In this document: piece after piece, positions 1 through 9,689 of the stretch
How positions within the stretch are numbered: the first letter of the stretch is position 1
How the letters are laid out: each line of letters opens with the position of its first letter
From: a bacterium
Lineage (GTDB): Bacteria; Zhuqueibacterota; Zhuqueibacteria; Residuimicrobiales; Krinioviventaceae
Direction of reading: 5' to 3'
Assembly (NCBI GenBank): GCA_963675755.2
Contig: CAXXMD010000002.1
Coordinates: forward strand, 928,001 to 992,000
Length of the DNA stretch: 64,000 nt
Notes under the pieces: generated by a model
What the model saw: only the letters and a program-made list of their open reading frames with translations
What the model was told of the DNA's origin: nothing
Database searches by the model: none
Made by a program: the position numbers and the translations under genes

Positions 1-78
1 GGTTGGTACATCACAATCCGGTAAATTTGCTCCAATTTGTCCTTTTGATCCAATTTGAAATATTGAAAGATTTGGCAT
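1..78 (-). CDS. 5' end of a hypothetical protein running off the left edge (MPNLSIFQIGSKGQIGANLPDCDVPT...)
   Basis: ATG at 78 on the minus strand with GAGGTG SD upstream; frame open to position 1; not in the ORF track. Confidence 0.6.
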   Translation of the reverse strand, partial: MPNLSIFQIGSKGQIGANLPDCDVPT

Positions 79-374
79 TTATCACCTCGAGTTCCATATA
101 AATTAAGATATAAAACTTACAATTTCCAGTAATGATAATCAAGATATTTTATCAAAACATTTAAATAGAAATCAATTGTCAAATAATAGCTTAATTATCA
201 TAAAAACAGCACATTAAAAGATCAATCACAAGTAAAAAAAACATTTAAACGAAAAACATGTAAATAAAATAAAAAGATAATGTTAAGAAAATGTACTTGA
301 TTTTTTCAGAGAATCCATTTATCTTGATTTCTGTGCTTTTTAAATATTTTCATTATCTTAGAGGTCGTTTTAAT

Positions 375-1886
375 TTGGGAACATTAATTGACATTCTCGA
401 CTCCACCCGCTCCAAATACTCTGATCAAACCGCCCTGATATTTGGTTCCAACGAATTAAATTATTCATTACTTTTCGAAGCATCCCAACGTCTTGCCAGC
501 GGATTACAATCATTAGGTATTAAAAAAGGTGATCGCGTCGCATTGTTACTTCCCAATGTCCCTCATTTTTGTATTAGTTATTTTGGTATTCTATCTCTTG
601 GTGCTATAGTGGTGCCTGTAAACATCATGTATAACAAGGAAGAGATAGAGTTTATTCTTAAAGATTCAGGTGCATCTGCATTAATTACATGGACAGGATT
701 TCAGGGCCAGGCATTACCTGCTGCCCAGGCATCTCCGGATTGTAAAAACGTATTAATACTGGGCGAAAACATACCCAGCGGTTCTATTGCCTTAACACAG
801 CTCATTTCCGATTCTCCAATACTTGAAAATATGGCTCCAGTGGAAGATATAGATGTTGCTGTAATTAATTATACATCCGGAATCGCAGATCATCCATTAG
901 GTGCAGAATTATCTCATAATGCTTTATATTCTAATTCTGTAACCTGTGCAGACATGTTCCGTTTTACTTTAGAAGATACCCTGATAGCTGTACTGCCCCT
1001 ATTTCATCCCTTAGGACAATCTCTAATATTGAACGCCTCTCTCTTTACAGGCGCTTCAATTGTATTGATGCCAAGATACTCACCGGAAGAAATAATTGAT
1101 GCGATTCAAACACATAATGTTACTTTTATGGCAGCAGTACCCGGTATATTTAAAAATTTAGTTGAAAGTGATACTGATGAAAAATTACCATCTTTAAAAT
1201 ATTGCATGAGTTACGGTGGAAAACTACCAGCTGAAATTATTGAACAATTTGAAGAAAAATATCATTCTTTTATTTTACAGGCATATGGATTAACTGAAGC
1301 AGGCCCCCTTGTTACTTCTACCCGTCTGGACCATGACAGAAAAACCGGTTCAGTAGGGTTACCTCTGGTTGGTGTTGATGTACAGATTCGCAATGATGAA
1401 GGAGAACAACTTCGTCCATTTCAAAGCGGTGAGATCTGGATAAACAGCCCAAGCAACATGAATAGATATTATAACAATGAAGTAGAAACAGCAAAAAAAC
1501 TTAAAAATGATTGGTTATTCACTGGTGATATTGGCTACCTGGATGACGATTATTATCTATTTATTCAAGAAAGAAAAGAAAACATTATCATAAAAGGTGG
1601 ATTTCAAATCCAACCACAAGAAGTAGAAAAAATATTATTGGAACATGCAAGAGTAATTGAAGTTGCAGTAGTAGGTGTACCAGATAATGTACAGGGTTCA
1701 GAGGTTAAAGCATTCATTGTAGTTAATGACGGAGAACCAGTTTCACCTGAAGAATTAATTGCTTTTTGCAGGGAATCATTACCTGTTTACAAAACGCCCA
1801 AATATGTAGAATTCATAAATGAATTACCTAAAAGCCCAACGGGAAGGGTTTTAAAGCGGTTGTTAAAAAAACAACCGATCAAATAA
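375..1886 (+). CDS. Long-chain fatty acid-CoA ligase-like AMP-binding protein with degenerate motifs
   Basis: GIKKGDRVALLLPN, LPLFH, YGLTEA and TGDIG motifs; probable TTG start at 375 after GAGGT rather than 291. Confidence 0.85.
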   Translation: MGTLIDILDSTRSKYSDQTALIFGSNELNYSLLFEASQRLASGLQSLGIKKGDRVALLLPNVPHFCISYFGILSLGAIVVPVNIMYNKEEIEFILKDSGASALITWTGFQGQALPAAQASPDCKNVLILGENIPSGSIALTQLISDSPILENMAPVEDIDVAVINYTSGIADHPLGAELSHNALYSNSVTCADMFRFTLEDTLIAVLPLFHPLGQSLILNASLFTGASIVLMPRYSPEEIIDAIQTHNVTFMAAVPGIFKNLVESDTDEKLPSLKYCMSYGGKLPAEIIEQFEEKYHSFILQAYGLTEAGPLVTSTRLDHDRKTGSVGLPLVGVDVQIRNDEGEQLRPFQSGEIWINSPSNMNRYYNNEVETAKKLKNDWLFTGDIGYLDDDYYLFIQERKENIIIKGGFQIQPQEVEKILLEHARVIEVAVVGVPDNVQGSEVKAFIVVNDGEPVSPEELIAFCRESLPVYKTPKYVEFINELPKSPTGRVLKRLLKKQPIK

Positions 1887-1942
1887 GAGGAAAAGAAAAT
1901 AATTGTTTTTTAATTTAAAGGCTTGAAAATAGGAGGACAACT

Positions 1943-4018
1943 GTGAAAGATTATAGTCCTAACGAAATTCGTAACATAGGATTGGTATCGCATCAATCTG
2001 TAGGTAAAACTTCATTGGCCGAGGCTTTACTGTTTTCCGCCGGTGAAACCAATAGATTAGGAACAATCGATGATGGAACAACATTATCCGATTATCGTAC
2101 AGATGAAATTGAAAGAAAAATATCAATTAATACATCCGTTTTACATTTAGAATGGAAAAAAAGCAAGATCAATGTTATTGACTTGCCAGGTTATCTTGAT
2201 TTTGTTGGTGAAGTAAAATGTGGTCTAAGAGTTACTGACCTTGCTGTTGTTTTATTAAATGCACAATCAGGTGTTGAAGTAGGTACTGAAATTGCATGGG
2301 AAGTTTTAGAAGAATACAAAACCCCAAGACTCTTTTTTATTAATGAATTAGATAAAGAACATGCCAATTTTGATAATGCCGTAGCAATGGCACAAGAAGC
2401 CTATGAAAATGGCGTTACTGTTGTTCAATTTCCTGTAAACCAGGGTTTAGATTTTAATGCTATTGTTGATGTATTGAAAATGAAAATGTATACATTCAAT
2501 GATAATTCGGGCAAGTTTACCCAGGGCGATATTCCTGCCGATCTGCAATCAAGAGCAGAAGAATTGCGCAACGAATTGATTGAAAAAATTGCAGAAAGTG
2601 ATGATGAACTGCTTGAAAAATATTTCGAAGCAGGTGAATTAACCGATGAAGAAATTGTCAAAGGTCTAAAAGTTGGTATGTTGAATTGCAATGTGTTCCC
2701 TGTTCTTTGTGGATCAGCATTACTGAATTATGGTCCTGCAGCATTACTGGACTTTATAAGTGAATACGGTCCCTCCCCTGTTGACCGTCCTTCTGAAATT
2801 GCAACAGACAAAGATGGTAATGAAATTGAAGTAAAACCAGATCCATCTGAACCATTCTCTGCTCTTGTATTTAAAACCATGTCAGAAATGCATGTTGGTG
2901 AATTATCCCTCATCAAAGTAATGTCAGGTTCAATTAAATCAGGTGATGAAATTCTCAATGCTACAAAAAATTCGTCTGAAAAAATTGGTCAGATTTACTT
3001 GTTGAACGGTAAAAATCGTACAGAAACTGCCGTACTGGGTACCGGTGATATTGGTGCACTGGTTAAGCTCAAGGACACACATACAGGCAACTCATTAACT
3101 GATAAAAAACATGCATTTAACTTTTCACCGGTTATCTTCCATGAACCAGTAGTTGAAATTGCCGTTTCACCGAAAAACAAAGGTGATGAAGAAAAGATTT
3201 CAACAGGTCTTCACACATTACATGAAATTGACCCCAGTTTTACAATCAAAATAGACCCCGAATTGAAACAAACTGTTGTATCCGGCCAGGGTGAAATGCA
3301 CCTTACCATTATCATCCAACGTTTGAAAGAACGTTATGGTGTTGAAGTGGAACAAAAGAAACCCAAGATTCCCTATCGTGAAACTATTACTGCCAAAGCA
3401 GATGAAAAATACAGACATAAAAAACAATCAGGTGGTGCCGGTCAGTTTGCCGAAGTCTGGATGCGTATCGAACCCCAACCTCGTGGTGCTGGTTATGAAT
3501 TTGCCAGTGAAGTTGTAGGTGGCGCTATTTCATCTAGTTTTATTCCGGCAATCGATAAAGGTATTCAACAAGTACTCGTTGGTGGTGCTGTTGCTGGTTA
3601 CAAAGTTGTAGACGTTAAAGCAATCGTTTATGATGGTAAAGAGCACCCTGTAGATTCTAAAGAAATTGCGTTCCAAATTGCTGGACGTGAAGTTTTCAAA
3701 ATGGCAATTAAAAATGCAAAACCAATTCTGCTTGAACCCATTTACGACGTTGAAGTAAAATGTCCTGAAGAATATATGGGTGATGTTATGGGCGATATGT
3801 CAAGCCGCCGTGGTAAAATCCAGGGTATGGATGCAGCAGGTCGTTTCCAGGTAGTTAAAGCCAAGGTACCTTTGGCCGAATTACACAGCTATTCTACAAC
3901 CCTGCGTTCAATTACTCAGGGTCGTGCAACATTTACACGTACTTTTTCTCATTATGACCCCATGCCAAAAGAAGTTGAAGCAAAGGTCATTGCAGAATCT
4001 AAAGCAGAAGAAGAATAA
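1943..4018 (+). CDS. fusA: Elongation factor G paralog (EF-G2-like), outside the str operon
   Basis: GKTSL, DLPGYLDF, GQGEMHL, KKQSGGAGQF, LLEPI and LRSITQGR motifs; GTG start after AGGAGG. Confidence 0.93.
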   Translation: MKDYSPNEIRNIGLVSHQSVGKTSLAEALLFSAGETNRLGTIDDGTTLSDYRTDEIERKISINTSVLHLEWKKSKINVIDLPGYLDFVGEVKCGLRVTDLAVVLLNAQSGVEVGTEIAWEVLEEYKTPRLFFINELDKEHANFDNAVAMAQEAYENGVTVVQFPVNQGLDFNAIVDVLKMKMYTFNDNSGKFTQGDIPADLQSRAEELRNELIEKIAESDDELLEKYFEAGELTDEEIVKGLKVGMLNCNVFPVLCGSALLNYGPAALLDFISEYGPSPVDRPSEIATDKDGNEIEVKPDPSEPFSALVFKTMSEMHVGELSLIKVMSGSIKSGDEILNATKNSSEKIGQIYLLNGKNRTETAVLGTGDIGALVKLKDTHTGNSLTDKKHAFNFSPVIFHEPVVEIAVSPKNKGDEEKISTGLHTLHEIDPSFTIKIDPELKQTVVSGQGEMHLTIIIQRLKERYGVEVEQKKPKIPYRETITAKADEKYRHKKQSGGAGQFAEVWMRIEPQPRGAGYEFASEVVGGAISSSFIPAIDKGIQQVLVGGAVAGYKVVDVKAIVYDGKEHPVDSKEIAFQIAGREVFKMAIKNAKPILLEPIYDVEVKCPEEYMGDVMGDMSSRRGKIQGMDAAGRFQVVKAKVPLAELHSYSTTLRSITQGRATFTRTFSHYDPMPKEVEAKVIAESKAEEE

Positions 4019-4024
4019 ATTTTC

Positions 4025-4053
4025 AAGGCACGGTCATTTGGCCGTGCCTTTTT
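4025..4053 (+). terminator. Intrinsic terminator after the EF-G gene
   Basis: AAGGCACGGTC-attt-GGCCGTGCCTT followed by a T run. Confidence 0.8.
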
Positions 4054-4075
4054 CAGTTAAACAACAAGGTGTGAA

Positions 4076-4561
4076 ATGAAAAAAATGTGGGCCCCGTGGA
4101 GAATTGAATACATTTTATCTCCTAAACCCAGTGGTTGTATTTTTTGCGATAAGCCAAAAGAATCTAAAGATGATGAAAATTTCATCCTCTATCGAGGAAA
4201 GCATTCATTTATTATAATGAATTATTATCCCTATAATAATGGGCATTTAATGGTTGTTCCGTACAGACATTTATCTGACATCACATTATTAAATGATGAG
4301 AAGAATAAAGAAATCTCATCATTAATACAAACTTCAGTTTCAATCATCAGAAAAACCATGAACGCAGAAGGTTTTAATATTGGAATGAATTTAGGTAAAA
4401 CAGCAGGTGCTGGTATAGACGAACACATACACTATCACATTGTACCACGTTGGAATGGTGACACTAATTTTATGCCGGTTGCAGGTAATAGCAAAGTTAT
4501 ATCTCAGGGTCTGTATGAAACATGGGAAACCCTGCTCCCCCACTATCAGGATCTCAAATAA
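4076..4561 (+). CDS. HIT-family protein (Ap4A phosphorylase/hydrolase-like)
   Basis: WAPWR, CIFC, YPYNNGHLMV and histidine triad HIHYHIVPRW. Confidence 0.9.
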   Translation: MKKMWAPWRIEYILSPKPSGCIFCDKPKESKDDENFILYRGKHSFIIMNYYPYNNGHLMVVPYRHLSDITLLNDEKNKEISSLIQTSVSIIRKTMNAEGFNIGMNLGKTAGAGIDEHIHYHIVPRWNGDTNFMPVAGNSKVISQGLYETWETLLPHYQDLK

Positions 4562-4563
4562 AT

Positions 4564-5343
4564 CTAATTTTCTTCTTTTTTCACCTTGTCCCAAACTGCA
4601 TCCATTTCTTCTAATGTGGAATCAGTCAAGGCAACACCACGCTCTTTAAAATCCGCTTCAACCTTTCGGAAACGATTATCAAATTTATTTATTGCACGTC
4701 TCAATGCATCTTCAGGATTTACTTTGAGAAAACGCGAAACATTTACAATACTGAACAACATATCGCCCAATTCATCTTCAATTCTATCTTTATCGCCTTC
4801 TTCTACAACTTCTTCCAGCTCTTTAATTTCTTCGGCTACTTTACTCCAAACAGGTTCTATGGATTGCCAGTCAAACCCAACAGCGGCTGCTTTATTTTGA
4901 ATACGATAAGCACGTACAAGTGCAGGTAATTGATTTGGAACGCCATCTATTGCAGACTTTTTACCCTCTTTTTTAACTTTTGTTTGCTCCCACAATGAAA
5001 CCTGCTCGTCGGCAGATTCAACTACTTCATCACCAAATATATGTGGATGTCTGCGTATCAGTTTCTCATTGATATTTTCAATTACATCGTAAATATTAAA
5101 ACGTTTCGCTTCATCTGCAATTTGAGCATGAAATATAACTTGGAGTAACAAATCTCCCAGTTCAGCAGGAAGATCATCATACTTTTCATCATCAATGGTT
5201 TCAATCACTTCATATGCTTCTTCTAAAAGATGTTGACGAATGGATTTATGGTCCTGTTCACGGTCCCAGGGACAGCCATTATCACTCCGCAATAACGCCA
5301 TAATCTCAACCAGTCTCTCAAATGATCTTTCATTTTTATCCAA
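4564..5343 (-). CDS. mazG: Nucleoside triphosphate pyrophosphohydrolase MazG
   Basis: GCPWDREQ, EEAYEV, ELGDLLLQ, RRHPH and a second DELGD domain; TTG start after AGGAG. Confidence 0.95.
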   Translation of the reverse strand: MDKNERSFERLVEIMALLRSDNGCPWDREQDHKSIRQHLLEEAYEVIETIDDEKYDDLPAELGDLLLQVIFHAQIADEAKRFNIYDVIENINEKLIRRHPHIFGDEVVESADEQVSLWEQTKVKKEGKKSAIDGVPNQLPALVRAYRIQNKAAAVGFDWQSIEPVWSKVAEEIKELEEVVEEGDKDRIEDELGDMLFSIVNVSRFLKVNPEDALRRAINKFDNRFRKVEADFKERGVALTDSTLEEMDAVWDKVKKEEN

Positions 5344-5533
5344 AAGTATCTCCTTTTATAACACAAGAATTCATCATATTTCACATTAATCATATGTAAT
5401 AATATAAGAAAAAGCATTGTTAAAATCACTTGATTATTGTGTGGGATTTATTTAAGTTAATTTAGTAAAATTTTACGGAACTTGTTATTTATATTGTATT
5501 TTAATAAATAGACAAGTATTACAATCAAAAAAG

Positions 5534-5800
5534 GTGAATATGTTAAATATCAACAAACCCAGAAGGTTCAATTATAATCCAAGGTTTTACAATCCAGAGC
5601 TTGAAGAGGGTGAACAAAAACGTATTCAATTTAAAAGGATACGCAAAACAGATAGACCAACAGGAATGTCAACATTACGATTGGTTATCTTGTTACTTGT
5701 TGTACTTGCGTTAGGCATTTTTCTACAGCGACAAATGCCTTCATCATTTTCGCCTAAAGATTCAACAATTATTATTGAAGAACTTGAAATTGTAAATTAA
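5534..5800 (+). CDS. Small single-pass membrane protein of unknown function
   Basis: KPRRFNYNPRFY basic/aromatic N-terminus plus one hydrophobic helix; the start may be the ATG at 5540. Confidence 0.7.
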   Translation: MNMLNINKPRRFNYNPRFYNPELEEGEQKRIQFKRIRKTDRPTGMSTLRLVILLLVVLALGIFLQRQMPSSFSPKDSTIIIEELEIVN

Positions 5801-5832
5801 GGTTTTTATTAAAAAAGATAGATAAATAGATT

Positions 5833-7311
5833 TTGATCAGATTGTTAAAAAATATCAGCAGACGGATTGTTTCTTCTTATTTTAAATTGAAATGGAGATT
5901 TGCATCCCTTCGTATCCGTCAAAAACTGATTATTATCCTGGGCTTGTTATTTATTGGCTTGTTCAGCATATTAAGTTTTGTAATTATTCAAAAAGGCCAA
6001 CAAATTCTAAGCACCAGGCTTGCACAAACCTGTGATCTTTCTTTGAGACATATATCCCAGGTTATAAAAGACGACTTTATTCTTTATTATACACCCGATG
6101 TTGATGGAAATGTAAATTCAGAACAATTGGGACATATACGGGAAGCTATTTTCAATCTGGCCAATGAAGAAATTGAAGGTATGAATTATGCCTGCGTTAT
6201 CGATCGTGAAGGGTATTTCATTGCAGCGGTAGATTCAAGTGGCAGAGATTTAAGAAACCGAAGAATCAGTAAAAGAGACAGCGTTCTATTTAGCAATTTG
6301 CAGGAAAAACTCATTCGCGAAAAAGATGGTATTATTGAGTATGTCCACCCTATTCTTGCCAAAGGCAACTCTGACAAACCCATATATCTGGGAGTTGCGG
6401 TATTGGGATTTTACAAAGATAGTATAATGAGGCCAATAAACCAGGCAACCCGAACAATTGTTTTATTCTCTATTGCTATCATTTTCCTGTCAGTTTTTTC
6501 CATATCTTTTGTTGCACAACGTATGACCCGACAAATTGATGCATTGGTTACCGGTGTTAGAAAAATATCCAACGGCAAGCTGGATGTAGAGATTCCCCTA
6601 TTATCGAATGATGAATTGGGACAACTTGCCCAGGAGTTTAACAAGATGACCCGTCATTTGAGAGAAAAACTGCAAATGCAGAAATTTGTTTCTCAATTAA
6701 CCATGCAAAAAATTAAAAATGGCGAATTGAAAAACCTGCCACCCGAAGGTGAAAATAGAAGAGTTACAGTATTATTTACAGATGTCAGAAATTTCACCAT
6801 GCTGACTGAAAGACTGGGTCCGAAAGAAATTGTTAAATTGATAAATATATATCATGATTTACAGGCAAGTATTGTTGAAGAAAACAATGGATATATCGAC
6901 AAGTTTTATGGCGATCAGATAATGGCTATTTTTATCGGCAAAACGCAAACAATGGATGCAATCCATTCTGCTGTAGAAATACAAAAATCCATAAAAATGC
7001 TCAATAAACGCCGTGCAGCTGCAGGCAAAGTTACATTTTATATGGGATGCGGGGTAAATACAGGCAATGCAATTCTGGGTAAAATGGGTTCAAAATCCAG
7101 ACTTGATTTTACTGTAATTGGGGATGTAGTAAATGTTGCCGCTCGTCTTTGTTCCATTGCAAAATCAGGACAAATACTCGCACCGGTACATATTACACCT
7201 TTAATAAACAATGATTATCCCACTGTTGAATTGGCACCGGTTAAAGTTAAAGGTAAAAAAGATCCTATATCCATAGTTGAAATTGGATATGAACAGGTTC
7301 TGATCATGTAG
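5833..7311 (+). CDS. Membrane-bound HAMP-domain class III adenylate cyclase
   Basis: Two TM helices, HAMP (DELGQLAQEFNKM), catalytic motifs FTDVRNFT, DKFYGD and TVIGDVVNVAARL. Confidence 0.92.
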   Translation: MIRLLKNISRRIVSSYFKLKWRFASLRIRQKLIIILGLLFIGLFSILSFVIIQKGQQILSTRLAQTCDLSLRHISQVIKDDFILYYTPDVDGNVNSEQLGHIREAIFNLANEEIEGMNYACVIDREGYFIAAVDSSGRDLRNRRISKRDSVLFSNLQEKLIREKDGIIEYVHPILAKGNSDKPIYLGVAVLGFYKDSIMRPINQATRTIVLFSIAIIFLSVFSISFVAQRMTRQIDALVTGVRKISNGKLDVEIPLLSNDELGQLAQEFNKMTRHLREKLQMQKFVSQLTMQKIKNGELKNLPPEGENRRVTVLFTDVRNFTMLTERLGPKEIVKLINIYHDLQASIVEENNGYIDKFYGDQIMAIFIGKTQTMDAIHSAVEIQKSIKMLNKRRAAAGKVTFYMGCGVNTGNAILGKMGSKSRLDFTVIGDVVNVAARLCSIAKSGQILAPVHITPLINNDYPTVELAPVKVKGKKDPISIVEIGYEQVLIM

Positions 7312-7337
7312 AAAGGCTTCTTTTTTTAATTAATAGC

Positions 7338-9596
7338 ATGAATAAAAATCATATATTAATCTATTCCATATTATTCTTTTTTAATGGGGTTTTTGCTCAA
7401 TCCAGTATTTTGCATTTTTCTCCTGGCGCCAAATCTATCAATTTGGGTAGATCAGGTGTTGTTGAAGTATATGATCCAACCGCATTATATTGGAATCCTG
7501 CAATTTTGGGTTATTTAAAGCAGCAGCAGACTATAGTATCTATAAATGATCCTTATCACTTGACATATACAGGATATTCTCAATTTTATCCCATGCTTGG
7601 TACCGTTTCAGCAAGTATTGCGCATACTCAAAAAGATATATCCGGTACTGAATTGTACAGTCTGGGTTGGGGTAAACAAATCAGTAAATTTGTTTATACC
7701 GGTATTGGTATCAATAATGCAATTACAGAGACTGAAAATTGGGTATCTTTTGGAGCTGGTATATATATTAGAGCGGATAATAATCCCAATTCAATTTATA
7801 AAACATTTGCCCCTCTTTCATTTCTTAATTATCCGGCATTCCGGGATCGTTTAACTTTTGGGCTGAGTGTGCAGCATGTACCTTTAACTGAACAGCAGCA
7901 TTCCCATCAAACTCGCGTAGGTGCGTCTTACAGACTTACTCCAGATGGATTTACAATCATGTTTGCATACCACATGCAAAGTATTGAAAATTCTTCTCAT
8001 TTGAGTTTCATCCTCCCCATCCAAAAAAATATTAAATTTATTGCCGGCATAATGGATTACCAATTTAACCAGACTGCACTGGGTGCAGAAATTAATATGA
8101 AGAGTTTTGATTTGCAATTATCCTATGACTATGATTCCAAACGCATTGTTTTTTCGACAGCTATACCAGTTGGTACTTCATATATTAAACGGTCAGAAGA
8201 AGAGCATGATCTGGCTAAAAAAGCCATTGAAAACCAATTACCTCATGAAGCATTATATTATACAAAACGTGCACTTGATCTAAATCCTGACAATACTAGG
8301 GCAGAAAAATATTTTCAAACTCTATCACCTTTAATTGTACAAAACGCAATCAAAGCCCAAAAGACACTCAAAACCGCTCTGGAATTAGAAAAAAATGAAT
8401 GGTATATCAGTGCAGCCATGCATTATATGCGAGTATTGAAATTAGAGCCAGATAACAAACAAGCTCAAGATGCATTAGAAAGGATTCGTCCCAAAGTTAA
8501 CGTTCATACTGAACGCAGATTTCAATTGGGAGTAGCAACTTTTGAAAAGAATGAATTACTCAAAGCAAAAGAAATATTTGAATCCATTCTTCTTGTAAGA
8601 CCAGATCACCAAAAGTCAGAACAATATCTTGCAGATACAAACGCTCGTTTATACAAGCAAGCAGAAAATCATTTTTTTGCTGGTTTGGGGTATTACAGTC
8701 AGAAAAAATATGATCTTGCAGATAATGAGTTTAAAAACGCCCTCTTGTATTATCCGGCTTATAGTGATGCCAGTGAATATATTGAAAGAATAGAACGCGA
8801 CAAGGCAAACAACATTAAACGTATAGATGAATTATTACAAGAATCACAAAATCTGGAAGTTCGCAAACTCTGGCTTCAAGCCAAAGAACGTTACAAACAG
8901 ATTCTGGAAATCGATAACAATAATCAGATAGCATTGGATAAAATCAGCTTTATAAATCAAAAGATTAATCAAATTATAAATCAATATATTCGTAATGGTA
9001 AAAATCAGTTTAATCAGGGTAATTATACATCGGCAAAAACAATATTTAACAACATCCTCAAACTGGATTCAAATAATACCACAGCCAGGCAATATTTAAA
9101 TTCAATTGATGATAAAACAAGCGGCAAGACTATTGCATTTATTGACAGAGCCCAAATACATATAGATAGTGAAAACTATACACTGGCACTTGCCGTTCTT
9201 GACAGCGCACTAGCAGAAAATCCTGATTTTTCAACAGCTGTCAATATGCGTAAAGAAGTCATTAACCATATGGATACCCGTCAAATGCTTAGCAATGCGT
9301 TGCGCGAGTATCAAAACCAGAATTATCTCGAGTCAATGGAAATCTGCAACCAGATACTAATCAAAGATCCTGAAAATATTCAAGCATTACGCTACCTTGA
9401 ACAATGTCAGAGAAAACTGAACGAACAGGTTGATGATTATTTTAACAAGGGTCTGGAAATGTATACAAAGGAAAATTATCGTACAGCAATACTCATGTGG
9501 GACAAGGCACTTGAAATAAATCCCTACCACCGTGGATCGCTCGAATACAGAAAAAGAGCCATTGACCGGTTAAAAGCAATCGAACAACTCCAATAA
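7338..9596 (+). CDS. PorV/FadL(UPF0164)-like outer-membrane barrel fused to a long C-terminal TPR array
   Basis: Signal peptide; GAKSINLG..DPTALYWNPA motif; beta-strand pattern to about aa 280, then many TPR units (ALDLNPDN, LKLEPDN, ALEINP). Confidence 0.75.
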   Translation: MNKNHILIYSILFFFNGVFAQSSILHFSPGAKSINLGRSGVVEVYDPTALYWNPAILGYLKQQQTIVSINDPYHLTYTGYSQFYPMLGTVSASIAHTQKDISGTELYSLGWGKQISKFVYTGIGINNAITETENWVSFGAGIYIRADNNPNSIYKTFAPLSFLNYPAFRDRLTFGLSVQHVPLTEQQHSHQTRVGASYRLTPDGFTIMFAYHMQSIENSSHLSFILPIQKNIKFIAGIMDYQFNQTALGAEINMKSFDLQLSYDYDSKRIVFSTAIPVGTSYIKRSEEEHDLAKKAIENQLPHEALYYTKRALDLNPDNTRAEKYFQTLSPLIVQNAIKAQKTLKTALELEKNEWYISAAMHYMRVLKLEPDNKQAQDALERIRPKVNVHTERRFQLGVATFEKNELLKAKEIFESILLVRPDHQKSEQYLADTNARLYKQAENHFFAGLGYYSQKKYDLADNEFKNALLYYPAYSDASEYIERIERDKANNIKRIDELLQESQNLEVRKLWLQAKERYKQILEIDNNNQIALDKISFINQKINQIINQYIRNGKNQFNQGNYTSAKTIFNNILKLDSNNTTARQYLNSIDDKTSGKTIAFIDRAQIHIDSENYTLALAVLDSALAENPDFSTAVNMRKEVINHMDTRQMLSNALREYQNQNYLESMEICNQILIKDPENIQALRYLEQCQRKLNEQVDDYFNKGLEMYTKENYRTAILMWDKALEINPYHRGSLEYRKRAIDRLKAIEQLQ

Positions 9597-9689
9597 AAAA
9601 CAATAAATCCCACATAGCTATTGATTATTGTGATTTCTCTTATTAATTTAAAAACTACGGAACTTGTAAGCATTTTAGCCATTTAAAGA

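Noticed and set aside
150-270. Repeated AAAACATTTAAA-like words upstream of the acyl-CoA ligase
   Set aside because: Low complexity in very AT-rich DNA with irregular spacing; cannot be distinguished from chance
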